Shown: positions 1 through 9,947 of the stretch, piece after piece
Numbering within the stretch: the first letter of the stretch is position 1
Layout of the letters: every line of letters starts with the position of its first letter
From: Gammaproteobacteria bacterium
GTDB taxonomy: Bacteria; Pseudomonadota; Gammaproteobacteria; Acidiferrobacterales; Sulfurifustaceae
Length of the DNA: 64,000 bases
Reading direction: 5' to 3'
NCBI GenBank assembly: GCA_029863005.1
Contig: JAOTWF010000001.1
Span: 21,869 to 85,868, forward strand
Program-made: the position numbers and the translations under genes
The notes under the pieces: generated by a model
Seen by the model: the letters and a program-made list of their open reading frames with translations, nothing else
Database searches by the model: none
What the model was told of the DNA's origin: nothing

Positions 1-2
1 CG

Positions 3-1199
3 TGCGTGTCCACGCGCGTGGCTTTCAAAGCGGTGGACGCTGCTACCCCGGCCACGCCAGAACACCCGCGCGCCGGTTTCACCGACGCCGAGCAGGCCGA
101 ACGCGTGCGCGGGTTGTTGCGCACCATGGGACTGACATCCCGTTTCGCGCCGCTGGTGGTGCTGCTCGGTCATGGGTCATCGAGCGAGAACAATCCTCAC
201 CTCGCCGCTTACGATTGCGGCGCCTGTTCTGGGCGCCACGGTGGACCGAACGCGCGCGTGTTCGCCGCCATGGCCAACCGCCCGGAAATCCGCGTGCGCC
301 TCGCCGAACAAGGCCTTTCTATTCCGTATGACACTTGGTTCATCGGTGCCGAACACAACACCGGCGATGACAGCATCCTCTGGTATGACGAGGATCTCGT
401 CCCCGAGGAGGCGCGCGCCCGGGCGACCGAACTCAAGATGATTCTCGCGCGTGCCGGCCGCGCCCACGCACAAGAGCGCTGCCGGCGCTTCGCGACGGCG
501 TCACCACGCCTGTCACCCGAGCGGGCTGTTCGCCATGTAGCCGGTCGGGTGCACGATCTGTCGCAGGCGCGACCCGAACTCGGACACGTCACCAACGCCT
601 GCGCCATCATCGGGCGGCGCGATGTAACGCGCGGCGCTTTCTTCGACCGGCGCGCCTTTCTGGTTTCCTACGATCCGATGCAAGACCCGGAAGGCGATAT
701 TCTGGAAAACATCCTGCTCGCGGTGGGTCCAGTCGGGGCCGGCATCAGCCTCGAATATTATTTCTCGACGGTGAACAACGAGCGTCTTGGATGCAGCACC
801 AAGGTCATGCACAACATTACCGGATTCCTGGGAGTGCAGGAAGGCACGAGCTCGGATCTGCGCACCGGTCTGCCGCAGCAGATGATTGAAATCCACGAAG
901 CCATGCGCCTGCTGATCGTGATCGAGGCGGACACCGGTGTCATCAGCCGCCTGATCGAACGACAGCCTTCACTGCGGGAATTGATCGGCAACGGCTGGGT
1001 GCAGGTGGCCGCCAAAGACCCTCGCTCCTCACGGATCGATGTCTTTTCGCCGGAACATGGCTGGCAAAACTGGCAAAAGGAAATCGAGGCGCCGCCCGTA
1101 GTCGCGCGTTCCGCTGACTGGTTCACCCGTCATCGTGAGGCCTTGCCGCCCGCCTTGCTCGAACAGGGGCGCCCCGGGGAGCATGCCAATGTTGACTGA
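3..1199 (+). CDS. dabA: DabA/DUF2309 (UPF0753) cytoplasmic subunit of a DIC-accumulating complex, beta-carbonic-anhydrase-like; 5' end lies outside the window
   Basis: LLGHGSSSENNPHLAAYDCGACSGRHGGPNAR motif typical of DUF2309 (His and Cys zinc ligands); frame open from base 3; stop overlaps the next gene. Confidence 0.9.
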   Translation, partial: CVSTRVAFKAVDAATPATPEHPRAGFTDAEQAERVRGLLRTMGLTSRFAPLVVLLGHGSSSENNPHLAAYDCGACSGRHGGPNARVFAAMANRPEIRVRLAEQGLSIPYDTWFIGAEHNTGDDSILWYDEDLVPEEARARATELKMILARAGRAHAQERCRRFATASPRLSPERAVRHVAGRVHDLSQARPELGHVTNACAIIGRRDVTRGAFFDRRAFLVSYDPMQDPEGDILENILLAVGPVGAGISLEYYFSTVNNERLGCSTKVMHNITGFLGVQEGTSSDLRTGLPQQMIEIHEAMRLLIVIEADTGVISRLIERQPSLRELIGNGWVQVAAKDPRSSRIDVFSPEHGWQNWQKEIEAPPVVARSADWFTRHREALPPALLEQGRPGEHANVD

Positions 1200-2715
1200 T
1201 CTGATCGCATTGGTGCCGCTGTTTCCGTTGCTCGCGGCGCTGCTGATCGCGCTGTACGCGCTGCCCGGCCGGCCGCGTGGTGATGCCGCCGAACGCCTGA
1301 CCGCGCGCGGTGCCCTCTTCGCCGTGACGCTGGCGTTCGCGCTGCTGGCGGCACTGATAGTCAGCGCGCTGATCTTCGGCCCGCTCAAACCCGTCAACTT
1401 TGGCACCTGGTTTGCCGCCGGCGCGATCGAAATCCGTCTGAGTTTCGTACTCGACGGACTGAGCCTCACGGCGGCGCTGGGGGTGGCGGTCATCGGCTGG
1501 CTGACGCTTTTCTTCTCGGCCCAGTATATGCATCGCGAACCAGGCTTCCATCGCTTCTTCGCCGTCTTGTGCCTGTTCCTCGCGGCCATGTTGTTCATCG
1601 TCCTCGCCGGCAATGCCGTGCTCATGTTCATCGGCTGGGAGCTGTCCGGGCTCGCCTCGTTCCTTCTTATCGGCTATGCCCACGAGCGCGCCACCGCCAC
1701 ACGCAACGCCGTGCGCGCCTTCGTGACCAACCGCATCGGCGACGCCGGCTTTCTCCTCGGCCTGGCCATTGCCTATCGGTACCTCGGCAACACTGAATGG
1801 ATCACGATCGCGGCGGGCGCGGGCGCTATCAGCCATCTCGCGGTCGGCGTGGTGGTGTTCGGGTTCGTGGTCGCGGCCATGGCGAAATCCGCGCAACTGC
1901 CGTTCACTCCGTGGATCGCGCGCGCCCTCGAAGGCCCGACGCCCTCAAGCGCGATTTTCTACGGTTCACTGATGATCCACGCCGGCGTCTACCTGTGCTT
2001 GCGTCTTGAACCGCTGCTCGCCCACGCCCCCGTGATCATGGGTCTGCTCGCCGCCATCGGCCTGCTGACCGCGCTGTACGGCTGGTTCGTGGGGCTCACG
2101 CAGAGCGACGTCAAATCGGCACTGATCTTCGGGACGATCACCCAGGTCGGTCTGATGTTCCTGTGGATCGGACTCGGCGCCTTCGATCTCGCCGCCTGGC
2201 ACCTCGGCCTGCACGCCATGTTTCGCGCTTACCAGTTTCTCGCGGCGCCGTCGTACATGCATCACACCGGCACACCCGCACGGCCGGTCCCGCGCTGGCT
2301 CGGGCGTCGCCAAGCGCTTTATACCGCCGCCCTCGAACGGCTGTGGGTCGAGGCCTTTACCGATGCCACGGTCACGCGCCCGGCGCAGGTGCTGGCCGCG
2401 GAAATGCGCAGCTTTGACGACCAGGTGGTGTCGCGGCTCGCGGGGACGCCGGCAGAGCAACATGCGCCGGAAGACGAAGCGGCGAGTAAGGGGGTGCAAG
2501 ATGACGTGCGTGGCCACGGCCTCGCCGGGGCAATACTCGAATGGATCGCACCGCGTCTGCACCGCGTGGAACAGCGGCTGCTGCTCACCGGTGGCGCCGG
2601 CGTGCAGCGGACATTTCGCGCACTTGGCGGCTATCTGGAAGTGGTGGAGCGGCTGCTGGAACGCCCACGCTACCTGATACTTATTATTGTTATCGCGCTG
2701 GCGGCGGCGCTATAG
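1189..2715 (+). CDS. dabB: NuoL/ND5-like proton-translocating membrane subunit (DabB/MpsA-like), 508 aa
   Basis: Multi-TM; GWELSG, NRIGDAGF, AKSAQLPF, EGPTP motifs. ATG 1189 follows GGGGAG and overlaps the dabA stop. Confidence 0.8.
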   Translation: MLTDLIALVPLFPLLAALLIALYALPGRPRGDAAERLTARGALFAVTLAFALLAALIVSALIFGPLKPVNFGTWFAAGAIEIRLSFVLDGLSLTAALGVAVIGWLTLFFSAQYMHREPGFHRFFAVLCLFLAAMLFIVLAGNAVLMFIGWELSGLASFLLIGYAHERATATRNAVRAFVTNRIGDAGFLLGLAIAYRYLGNTEWITIAAGAGAISHLAVGVVVFGFVVAAMAKSAQLPFTPWIARALEGPTPSSAIFYGSLMIHAGVYLCLRLEPLLAHAPVIMGLLAAIGLLTALYGWFVGLTQSDVKSALIFGTITQVGLMFLWIGLGAFDLAAWHLGLHAMFRAYQFLAAPSYMHHTGTPARPVPRWLGRRQALYTAALERLWVEAFTDATVTRPAQVLAAEMRSFDDQVVSRLAGTPAEQHAPEDEAASKGVQDDVRGHGLAGAILEWIAPRLHRVEQRLLLTGGAGVQRTFRALGGYLEVVERLLERPRYLILIIVIALAAAL

Positions 2716-2727
2716 GAATTTTCGGCC

Positions 2728-4233
2728 ATGCAAGAACTCAACTGGTCTCAACACGCCGTCTACCCGATACTGGCCGTGTTGCAACTGCTGCCGCTCCTGG
2801 GGGCGATGATCGTCTATGGCCTGCGTGAACGGACTTTCGCCGCCGCGCTGGGACGTGTATTCGCCGCTGCCGAGCTGTTCATTGCCATTGATCTCTACCG
2901 CCGTTTCGACGCCACGTCGCCGTTGATGCAGTTCGCCGAACGGCTCAATTTTCTGGGCGCGCTCGATTACCACGCCGCCGCCGACGGCATCACGGTCGTG
3001 TTCATTCTGACCACGGCCCTGCTGACGCTGCTGGTGAGCGTCTACAGCCTGGTACGCGGACTCCCCGACCTCGGCCGTCTGCTGGCCGTGGTGCTGGCGA
3101 TCGAGTCGGTCATCATGTCGCTGTTGGCGAACCAGAACCTGCTGTGGTTCGCGCTTGCTTCGACCGCGGAGCTGGGATTGATCGGCTACATGGTGTGGCG
3201 CTGGTCGAACTCGGCCGAGAAGGACCGGGCGCTGCGGCGCTTTTACCAGTTCCACGGCACCGGCGTGCTGTTGCTGCTGATCGGCACGCTCCTGGCCGGC
3301 AATCATTACGCGGATTTCACCGGCGGGCACGTGAGCTACGAGCTCGCCGACCTCATGGTCTCCACCGGAGAATCCGCGCGCGCCGGGGTGATTTTTATTT
3401 TGCTATTCGTCGGTCTCGCGATTCGCGCGCCGCTGTTCCCGTTCCACGGCTGGCTGCCGATGGTGACGCGCCATGGCAACATCGCCATGGCGCCGGCCTT
3501 CCTGCTCGGCATCAAGGTCGGCATTTACGGCATGATCCGCTTCATCTTGCCGATGCTGCCGGGGGTGTCGGCGCAGGCGCGCGGAATTATCCTCGGCGCG
3601 GCACTCGCTGGTATTTTCTACGCCGCCTTGCTCGCGTTCAGGCAGACCAACTTGCGACATCTGCTCGCTTTCGCCGTGATCAGCCACACCAGTTTGCTCG
3701 CGATCGGAATTTTCACACTCGAGCCGGAGGCGCTGGAAGGAACGGTGCTGCTCGCCATCACCTTCGGTCTTGCGGCGACGGCGATGCTGTTCATGGTCGG
3801 CCTCGTGTACCGCCGCATCGGTTCCACCCAGCTTTCGCACCTGGGCGGTCTGTTCGACCGCCTGCCCGCCCTGGCGTTGACGTTTTTCGTTGGCGGTCTC
3901 GCCATCGTGTGCATGCCGGGCACGCCGGGTTTCGACGCGGCGCACCTGGTATTTGAGGGCGCGATTCACCGTTTCGGCGCGCTCGCCACGCTGGCGGCGG
4001 CGCTCGGCAACGTGGTGGCCGCGGGCTTCCTGCTGTGGGCCTTCCAGCGCGCGTTCCTGGCTCCGGCCCCGGCCGGGCGTACCGCCACGGTGGATCGCGC
4101 CAGCCCGTTGGAATTGTTTATCGCGACTGTGGTCGTCGCCGTTTTGCTGTTTGCCGGCTTTTACACCACGCCATGGTTCGATCTGGTCGATGTGCCCATG
4201 CGTGCGCTGGGCCAGCGGCTTGGGACAATCTGA
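2728..4233 (+). CDS. NuoM/MrpD-like antiporter-type membrane subunit 1 (atypical charged residues)
   Basis: 501 aa, hydrophobic; PLFPFHGWLP, GIKVGIYG, MPGTPGF motifs of the proton_antipo_M family. Confidence 0.85.
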   Translation: MQELNWSQHAVYPILAVLQLLPLLGAMIVYGLRERTFAAALGRVFAAAELFIAIDLYRRFDATSPLMQFAERLNFLGALDYHAAADGITVVFILTTALLTLLVSVYSLVRGLPDLGRLLAVVLAIESVIMSLLANQNLLWFALASTAELGLIGYMVWRWSNSAEKDRALRRFYQFHGTGVLLLLIGTLLAGNHYADFTGGHVSYELADLMVSTGESARAGVIFILLFVGLAIRAPLFPFHGWLPMVTRHGNIAMAPAFLLGIKVGIYGMIRFILPMLPGVSAQARGIILGAALAGIFYAALLAFRQTNLRHLLAFAVISHTSLLAIGIFTLEPEALEGTVLLAITFGLAATAMLFMVGLVYRRIGSTQLSHLGGLFDRLPALALTFFVGGLAIVCMPGTPGFDAAHLVFEGAIHRFGALATLAAALGNVVAAGFLLWAFQRAFLAPAPAGRTATVDRASPLELFIATVVVAVLLFAGFYTTPWFDLVDVPMRALGQRLGTI

Positions 4234-4245
4234 GGCCCTGGCGAC

Positions 4246-5724
4246 ATGGATAACATGCCTATAATAAGTCTGCTGCTGCTGACCCTGCCCACCGGCGCGG
4301 CGCTGATCTGGCTGCTGCCGCGTCCTGACCAGGCACGCTACGTTGCTGTCGGCGCGTGCCTCATGGCGTTGGCCCTGGCGCTTGTCGTGGTCTTCCACTT
4401 CGATCCCGCTGATGCGAGATTCCAGCTTATCGAGCAGGCTCTGTGGATACCGAACCTGGGAGTGAATTATCTCGTGGGCGTGGACGGCTTCTCCGTGCTG
4501 TTCCTGCCACTGACGGCGCTGCTGTTCCTGGGCGCGGTGTTGGCCTCGGTCAATCAGGTGCGTATTTCACCCAAGGCCTATTTCACCCTGTTGTTGCTCG
4601 AGGGTGCCGCCACCCTCGGGATTTTCTGCGCGCTCGACACGCTGCTCTTCTTCACGCTCTGGGAATTTTCCATCATTCCCATCTATTTCCTTGTGAGCCT
4701 GTGGGGTGTGGGGCCGAATCGCAAACCGGCGGCAAACAAATACGCCCTGCTCATGCTGGCTGGCGGATTGCCGCTGCTGTTCGCGTTCTTGTTGCTGGCG
4801 CTTCACTCCCTCGACGGGGGTGGCAACGGTTCGCCGTTTGATCTGCGTCTGCTGCTCGACATGCACATTCCCAAGACCTTGCAATTGACCGTGTTCGCGC
4901 TGTTGCTGGTGGGATTCGGCGTGAAGGCGCCGCTGGTACCGCTGCACACCTGGCTGCCGCAATTGGCGAACGAAGGTCCCGTGGCGGTGACCGCGCTGAT
5001 TGCCGGGCTTAAGATCGGCGCCTTCGGCCTGATCCGCTTCGCCTTCCCCCTGGCGCCGGAAGCGGCGCACGCGTTTCAGTGGCTGCTGGTGGGCCTTGGT
5101 TCGGCGGGCATCCTCTACGGCGCGGTGGTGGCGCTGGCGCAGACCAATTTGCGGCCGGCGCTCGCCTATCTCGGCGTCAGCCACGTGGGGCTGGTTATTC
5201 TCGGGCTCGCGACCTTCCGCCAGGAAGGTATTGAGGGCGCCGTGTTCGAGCTGCTAAATTTCACCGTGATCGCCGGCGGCTCGTTCCTGATGCTGGAATT
5301 CCTGCGCCAACGCACCAGCACCACGGATGTCGCCAGCCTCGGCGGGGCCATGAAGCACCTTCCCTGGCTTGGCAGCTTCTTTCTGCTGCTCGGGCTGGCC
5401 TCGCTCGGTCTGCCCGGCACTTCGGGTTTCCCAGCGGAATTTCTGATTATTCTTGCCGCCCTGCAGACGCACACCGGCGCCAGCCTCGCCGCGCTGACGG
5501 CCATGGTGATCGGCTCCGGGTGCTTCATGGTGCTTTATCAGCGCGCCTTCTTCGGCCCGGCAACAAATCCAGTGCTGGTGGAAGCGGAGGATTTAAGGCT
5601 GCGTGAACGCTTGGTCGTGATCGCGTTGGCACTGGTGGTACTGGTCGTCGGCTTCTATCCCGCCATGTACCTCGACATCATCGAATCGGCGGGCAAGGCC
5701 TGGATCGCGCGACTGACACTTTGA
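4246..5724 (+). CDS. NuoM-like antiporter-type membrane subunit 2
   Basis: 492 aa; LWEF, GVKAPLVPLHTWLP, GLKIG, LPGTSGFPAEF canonical NuoM motifs. Confidence 0.88.
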   Translation: MDNMPIISLLLLTLPTGAALIWLLPRPDQARYVAVGACLMALALALVVVFHFDPADARFQLIEQALWIPNLGVNYLVGVDGFSVLFLPLTALLFLGAVLASVNQVRISPKAYFTLLLLEGAATLGIFCALDTLLFFTLWEFSIIPIYFLVSLWGVGPNRKPAANKYALLMLAGGLPLLFAFLLLALHSLDGGGNGSPFDLRLLLDMHIPKTLQLTVFALLLVGFGVKAPLVPLHTWLPQLANEGPVAVTALIAGLKIGAFGLIRFAFPLAPEAAHAFQWLLVGLGSAGILYGAVVALAQTNLRPALAYLGVSHVGLVILGLATFRQEGIEGAVFELLNFTVIAGGSFLMLEFLRQRTSTTDVASLGGAMKHLPWLGSFFLLLGLASLGLPGTSGFPAEFLIILAALQTHTGASLAALTAMVIGSGCFMVLYQRAFFGPATNPVLVEAEDLRLRERLVVIALALVVLVVGFYPAMYLDIIESAGKAWIARLTL

Positions 5725-5810
5725 GCGCTTTGCGCATCCCGAAATAGCAGGTTGCCAGCCCCGACACGGCGCGTTACCGTGGGGTCATCATTCCACTGCA
5801 CGAATAATTC

Positions 5811-7559
5811 ATGTCCACGGACCGTCCCCAACGCAAACTTCACCACGCGCTCGATGCGCTGCGCCTGCGCCTGTCGCGCGCCGAGGCACTGCCGCAGCTG
5901 GCAACCCTCGGCGTGATCTGCGGCCTGCTTACCGGCCTCGTCATCATCGCCTTTCGCCTGCTCATCGAGGTCAGCCAGTCGCTGTTCCTGCCTGGCGCTG
6001 ACCCGGAGAACTACGAAGGCCTCGACATGATGTGGCGTTTCCTTCTGCCGTTCGCGGGCGGGCTGGTGCTCGGGCTCGTGTTCCATTTCCTGCCGAAGGA
6101 GTCGCGCCACGTGGGCGTGGTGCACGTGATGGAACGCCTCTCCTACCACCAGGGCCGATTGCCATTGCGCAACGCGATTGTCCAGTTCCTTGGTGGAGCG
6201 GTGAGCATCATCGCCGGCCACTCTGTCGGCCGCGAGGGTCCGGCTATTCATCTCGGCGCCGCCAGCGGCAGCGTTGCCGGGCGTTACATGGGCCTGCCGA
6301 ACAACAGCCTGCGCGTGCTCGCGGGTTGTGGTGTGGCGGCCGCCATCGCCGCCGCGTTCAACACGCCGCTCGCCGGCGTGGTGTTCGCCATGGAGGTCGT
6401 GATCATGGAATACACCGTGGCCGGGTTCGCCCCGGTGATTCTGGCGGCGGTGAGCGCGACCGCGCTGTCGCAATTCGTGTACGGCTCGGCGCCGGCGTTC
6501 AGCGTGCCGCAGCTGGCACTCGGCTCCCTGTTCGAGCTCCCTTTCATCCTCGCGCTTGGCATGATCATCGGTGCGCTTGCCGCCGCTTTCATCGTGATTA
6601 CGGGCTTCTTCGCCGCGCGCTTCAAGGCCGTTCCAATCTGGGCGCGACTGACCGTGGCCGGCACGATCACCGGCCTGCTGGCGCTTCAGGTGCCGGAAAT
6701 CATGAGCATCGGTTATGACACAGTGAATGCGGCATTGCTCGGACAACTCACCCTCGTCGCGTTGGGCGGCATCGTCATCTTCAAGCTGTTGGCCACCGCC
6801 GCCGGCGTTGGCCTTGGCCTGCCGGGTGGGATGATCGGCCCGGTGCTGGTGCTGGGTGCAGCCGCGGGCGGCCTCCTCGGCATTCTCGGGCAAACACTCG
6901 CGCCGGGCGAGGCCTCCACGCCCGGCCTGTACGCCCTGCTCGGCATGGGCGCGATGATGGCCGGCGCCTTGCAGGCGCCGCTCGCGGCGTTGACCGCGGT
7001 GCTCGAACTGACCGGCAATCCGCACATCATCATGCCCGGCATGCTCGCGGTGATCGCGGCATCGCTCACGGCGCGCGTGGTGTTTCATCAGCCGTCGGTT
7101 TATGTGGTGTTGCTCCGCGGGCGCGGGCTCGATTACCGCAATGATCCCGTGACGCAGTCGCTGCGCCGACTTGGCGTCGGCGGCAGCATGGACGGTAACA
7201 TCACGGTGCTGCCGCGCACGATCGCGCCCGATCGCGCGCAGGCCGAACTGGCGCTCAACCCTGACTGGATCCTGGTGCGCGACGGCGAAAAACTGGTAGC
7301 ACTGCAACCGGCCATGGACCTCGCGCGCGCGCTCAAGGAACAGCCGGAGGCGACGGAACTCGACCTGCTCGCCATCCCGGCGCAACGCAGCCAAGTTGCC
7401 GGCGTGTTGTTGCAGGCGACCCTGCAAGAGGCGCTGGATATACTCAACGCCACTGGCGCCGAAGCGGTTTATGTAAGCGACGACGCCGCCCCGGGCTCGG
7501 AACATGTATACGGAGTTTTGACACGCGAGCGCATCGAGCGCAGTTACCGCTACAGTTAG
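5811..7559 (+). CDS. ClC-family chloride channel/antiporter with C-terminal CBS-like region
   Basis: SVGREGP motif, AAAFNTPLAG, GGMIGP, QAPLAA; about 582 aa with soluble C-terminal tail. Confidence 0.88.
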   Translation: MSTDRPQRKLHHALDALRLRLSRAEALPQLATLGVICGLLTGLVIIAFRLLIEVSQSLFLPGADPENYEGLDMMWRFLLPFAGGLVLGLVFHFLPKESRHVGVVHVMERLSYHQGRLPLRNAIVQFLGGAVSIIAGHSVGREGPAIHLGAASGSVAGRYMGLPNNSLRVLAGCGVAAAIAAAFNTPLAGVVFAMEVVIMEYTVAGFAPVILAAVSATALSQFVYGSAPAFSVPQLALGSLFELPFILALGMIIGALAAAFIVITGFFAARFKAVPIWARLTVAGTITGLLALQVPEIMSIGYDTVNAALLGQLTLVALGGIVIFKLLATAAGVGLGLPGGMIGPVLVLGAAAGGLLGILGQTLAPGEASTPGLYALLGMGAMMAGALQAPLAALTAVLELTGNPHIIMPGMLAVIAASLTARVVFHQPSVYVVLLRGRGLDYRNDPVTQSLRRLGVGGSMDGNITVLPRTIAPDRAQAELALNPDWILVRDGEKLVALQPAMDLARALKEQPEATELDLLAIPAQRSQVAGVLLQATLQEALDILNATGAEAVYVSDDAAPGSEHVYGVLTRERIERSYRYS

Positions 7560-7569
7560 CGGCAGTGGT

Positions 7570-8058
7570 TCAGCATTCCAGCTTTAATCGCTGGTGCCAC
7601 TCGGCGATGGACTCTTCGGGGTATTCGTCAAACTTCTTGTCGCGCGGGCCAGCGAGGACCGGCACCCAGTTCGCCTTCGACCCCAGCATCAGGTGCGTGC
7701 GCTCGGGCGCAGTCGGGAGCTCGGTGTCGATCGCCGAGGCGAACGGATGCACGAGATGCGGCCACGTCGGGTCCCAGAGCCAGAGCGCACTGCCGCACTT
7801 CTTGCAGAAATTCCGCCGTGCCGTGCTCCGTGTGATTTTCCCGGTCGTCTCGTCTTTCAGTCGCGCGCGGTAAACGGAAATGTTTGCCTTGCCGGTAATC
7901 TTCATCGTCTTGTAATCACCGCTAAGATTGATCGCATAACCCCCACCTCCCGCGGTCTTGCGGCAGATCGAGCAGTAACAAAGATTGAATGGATACGGGT
8001 GCGGCGACTGGACAGTGAATTTCACGCTTGTGCAATGACACGATCCCTTGAGTTCCAT
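7570..8058 (-). CDS. GFA/CENP-V family Zn-binding protein, 162 aa
   Basis: GSCHC, CYCSICRK, RNFCKKCGS cysteine pattern; GGGAGA RBS before ATG 8058. Confidence 0.88.
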   Translation of the reverse strand: MELKGSCHCTSVKFTVQSPHPYPFNLCYCSICRKTAGGGGYAINLSGDYKTMKITGKANISVYRARLKDETTGKITRSTARRNFCKKCGSALWLWDPTWPHLVHPFASAIDTELPTAPERTHLMLGSKANWVPVLAGPRDKKFDEYPEESIAEWHQRLKLEC

Positions 8059-8206
8059 GGGCAATCTCCCGAAATTCGAAACGCGTTAGCCTACACCGAC
8101 GAGGCTTGATTTCGTATTGTCGTGAGACATTCCCACATGTAAAGCAGGTCGAACTGTTGCAGTGCGGCCTCTGGATTTGGGTATGTAAAACGCTACACTC
8201 ACGCCC

Positions 8207-9133
8207 ATGACCGCAATCATTTCCATCTCCCAGCTCAACAAGACCTATGCCTCGGGGCTTGTGGCGCTCCAGGATGTTGACCTCGACATCCGCCGCGGCG
8301 AGATCTTCGCGCTGCTCGGGCCGAACGGCGCGGGCAAGACCACGCTCATCAGCGTGGTCTGCGGCATCAGCACGCCGACCTCGGGCCGCGTCACGGTCGA
8401 CGGCCACGATATCTTAAGCGACTACCGCGCCGCGCGCGCCAAGATTGGACTCGTGCCGCAGGAACTCTATACCGACATGTTCGAGACCCCGTGGGCGACG
8501 ATGAATTTCAGCCGCGGCCTCTTTGGGCTGCCGCCGAACCCGGCCCACCTTGAACAGGTGCTGCGCGATCTGTCGCTGTGGGGGAAGCGCCATGACAAGA
8601 TCATGACGCTCTCGGGCGGCATGAAGCGCCGTGTGCTGATCGCGAAGGCACTGGCACACGAGCCGGGGGTGCTGTTTCTCGACGAACCGACCGCCGGCGT
8701 AGACGTGGAGCTGCGCCGCGACATGTGGTCGCTGGTGCGGCGCCTGCGCGATGGCGGCGTCACGGTCATCCTCACCACGCACTACATCGCCGAGGCCGAG
8801 GAAATGGCCGATCGCATCGGCGTGATCAGCAAGGGCAAACTGATCTTGGTCGAGGCCAAGTCGGTGCTCATGAAAAAACTCGGCAAGAAGCAGCTCACGC
8901 TGCACTTGCAGGAACCACTCGTGGAAATCCCGTCCGGCCTCAGCGACTGGGGCCTGACGCTCAACAACGACGGCAGCGACCTAGAATTCACCTTCGATTC
9001 GAGCAAGGAGCACACCACCATCCCGGTGCTGTTGCGCCGCCTGGGCGAACTGGGAATCGCCTTCAAGGACCTCAACACGCGCCAAAGCTCGCTCGAGGAA
9101 ATTTTCGTCAGCCTGGTCACCGAACGCCGATGA
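8207..9133 (+). CDS. ABC-2 type transporter ATP-binding protein (YadG-like)
   Basis: Walker A GPNGAGKT, signature LSGGMKRR, Walker [13 protein letters not shown]-loop TTHY. Confidence 0.93.
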   Translation: MTAIISISQLNKTYASGLVALQDVDLDIRRGEIFALLGPNGAGKTTLISVVCGISTPTSGRVTVDGHDILSDYRAARAKIGLVPQELYTDMFETPWATMNFSRGLFGLPPNPAHLEQVLRDLSLWGKRHDKIMTLSGGMKRRVLIAKALAHEPGVLFLDEPTAGVDVELRRDMWSLVRRLRDGGVTVILTTHYIAEAEEMADRIGVISKGKLILVEAKSVLMKKLGKKQLTLHLQEPLVEIPSGLSDWGLTLNNDGSDLEFTFDSSKEHTTIPVLLRRLGELGIAFKDLNTRQSSLEEIFVSLVTERR

Positions 9134-9918
9134 ACACCGCGACACAAACACTTAAATTCAATTACCACGCGATTCTCGCCATTTACAAGTTCGAAATGGC
9201 GCGCTTCAAGCGCACGCTGTGGCAGAGCCTGGTGACGCCGGTGATTACGACCTCGCTTTACTTCGTCGTGTTCGGCGCCGCCATTGGCTCGCGCATGGGC
9301 GAAGTCGACGGCATCCACTACGGCTCCTTCATCGTGCCGGGGCTGATCATGCTGTCGCTCTTTACCGAGAGTGTGAGCAACGCCTCCTTTGGCATCCACA
9401 TGCCACGCTTCACCGGAACCATCTTCGAGATCCTGTCGGCGCCGGTTTCGGCGTTCGAGATCGTCCTCGCCTACGTCGGCGCGGCGGCAACAAAATCCAT
9501 ATTGCTCGGGCTGATCATCCTCGCAACCGCGAATCTGTTCGTGCCGATCCACATCGAGCATCCGTTCTGGATGGCCGGGTTCCTGCTTCTGGTCGCCGTC
9601 ACCTTCAGCCTGTTTGGCTTCATCGTCGGCGTCTGGGCCAAGGGCTTCGAGCAGCTCCAGTTCGTGCCGATGCTGATTCTCACGCCGCTGACCTTCCTCG
9701 GCGGCGTGTTCTATTCGATTGACATGCTGCCGGACGGCTGGCGCACGTTCAGCCTGTTCAACCCGATCGTCTACGTCATCAGCGGTTTCCGCTGGAGTTT
9801 CTACGGCAGCGCCGACGTGGGTGTGGGTATCAGCCTGGCGGCCACGTCGGTTTTCTTCCTGCTCTGCCTCGGGCTGGTGTGGCTGATATTCCGCACGGGC
9901 TACCGGTTGAAGAGCTGA
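9130..9918 (+). CDS. ABC-2 type transporter permease (YadH-like), 262 aa
   Basis: ATGA overlap with the ATPase stop; [27 protein letters not shown] motifs. Confidence 0.9.
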   Translation: MNTATQTLKFNYHAILAIYKFEMARFKRTLWQSLVTPVITTSLYFVVFGAAIGSRMGEVDGIHYGSFIVPGLIMLSLFTESVSNASFGIHMPRFTGTIFEILSAPVSAFEIVLAYVGAAATKSILLGLIILATANLFVPIHIEHPFWMAGFLLLVAVTFSLFGFIVGVWAKGFEQLQFVPMLILTPLTFLGGVFYSIDMLPDGWRTFSLFNPIVYVISGFRWSFYGSADVGVGISLAATSVFFLLCLGLVWLIFRTGYRLKS

Positions 9919-9947
9919 GTCGTTTCGCGGAAATTACGGAGGCAAGG

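Noticed and set aside
1189-5724. NADH dehydrogenase (complex I) nuoLMN operon
   Set aside because: No nuoA-K or nuoN genes nearby, and the genes are coupled to DUF2309; a DAB-type complex fits better.
5655-7505. 616-aa minus-strand ORF, and similar long ORFs such as 30068-31342, 18992-20044, 16190-17122, 17156-18238, 41672-42838
   Set aside because: Antisense or off-frame shadows of well-supported genes in GC-rich DNA; no motifs.
8085-8091. GTTAGCC core-site-like heptamer upstream of the ABC transporter
   Set aside because: No matching L boxes or partner R box at attC spacing.
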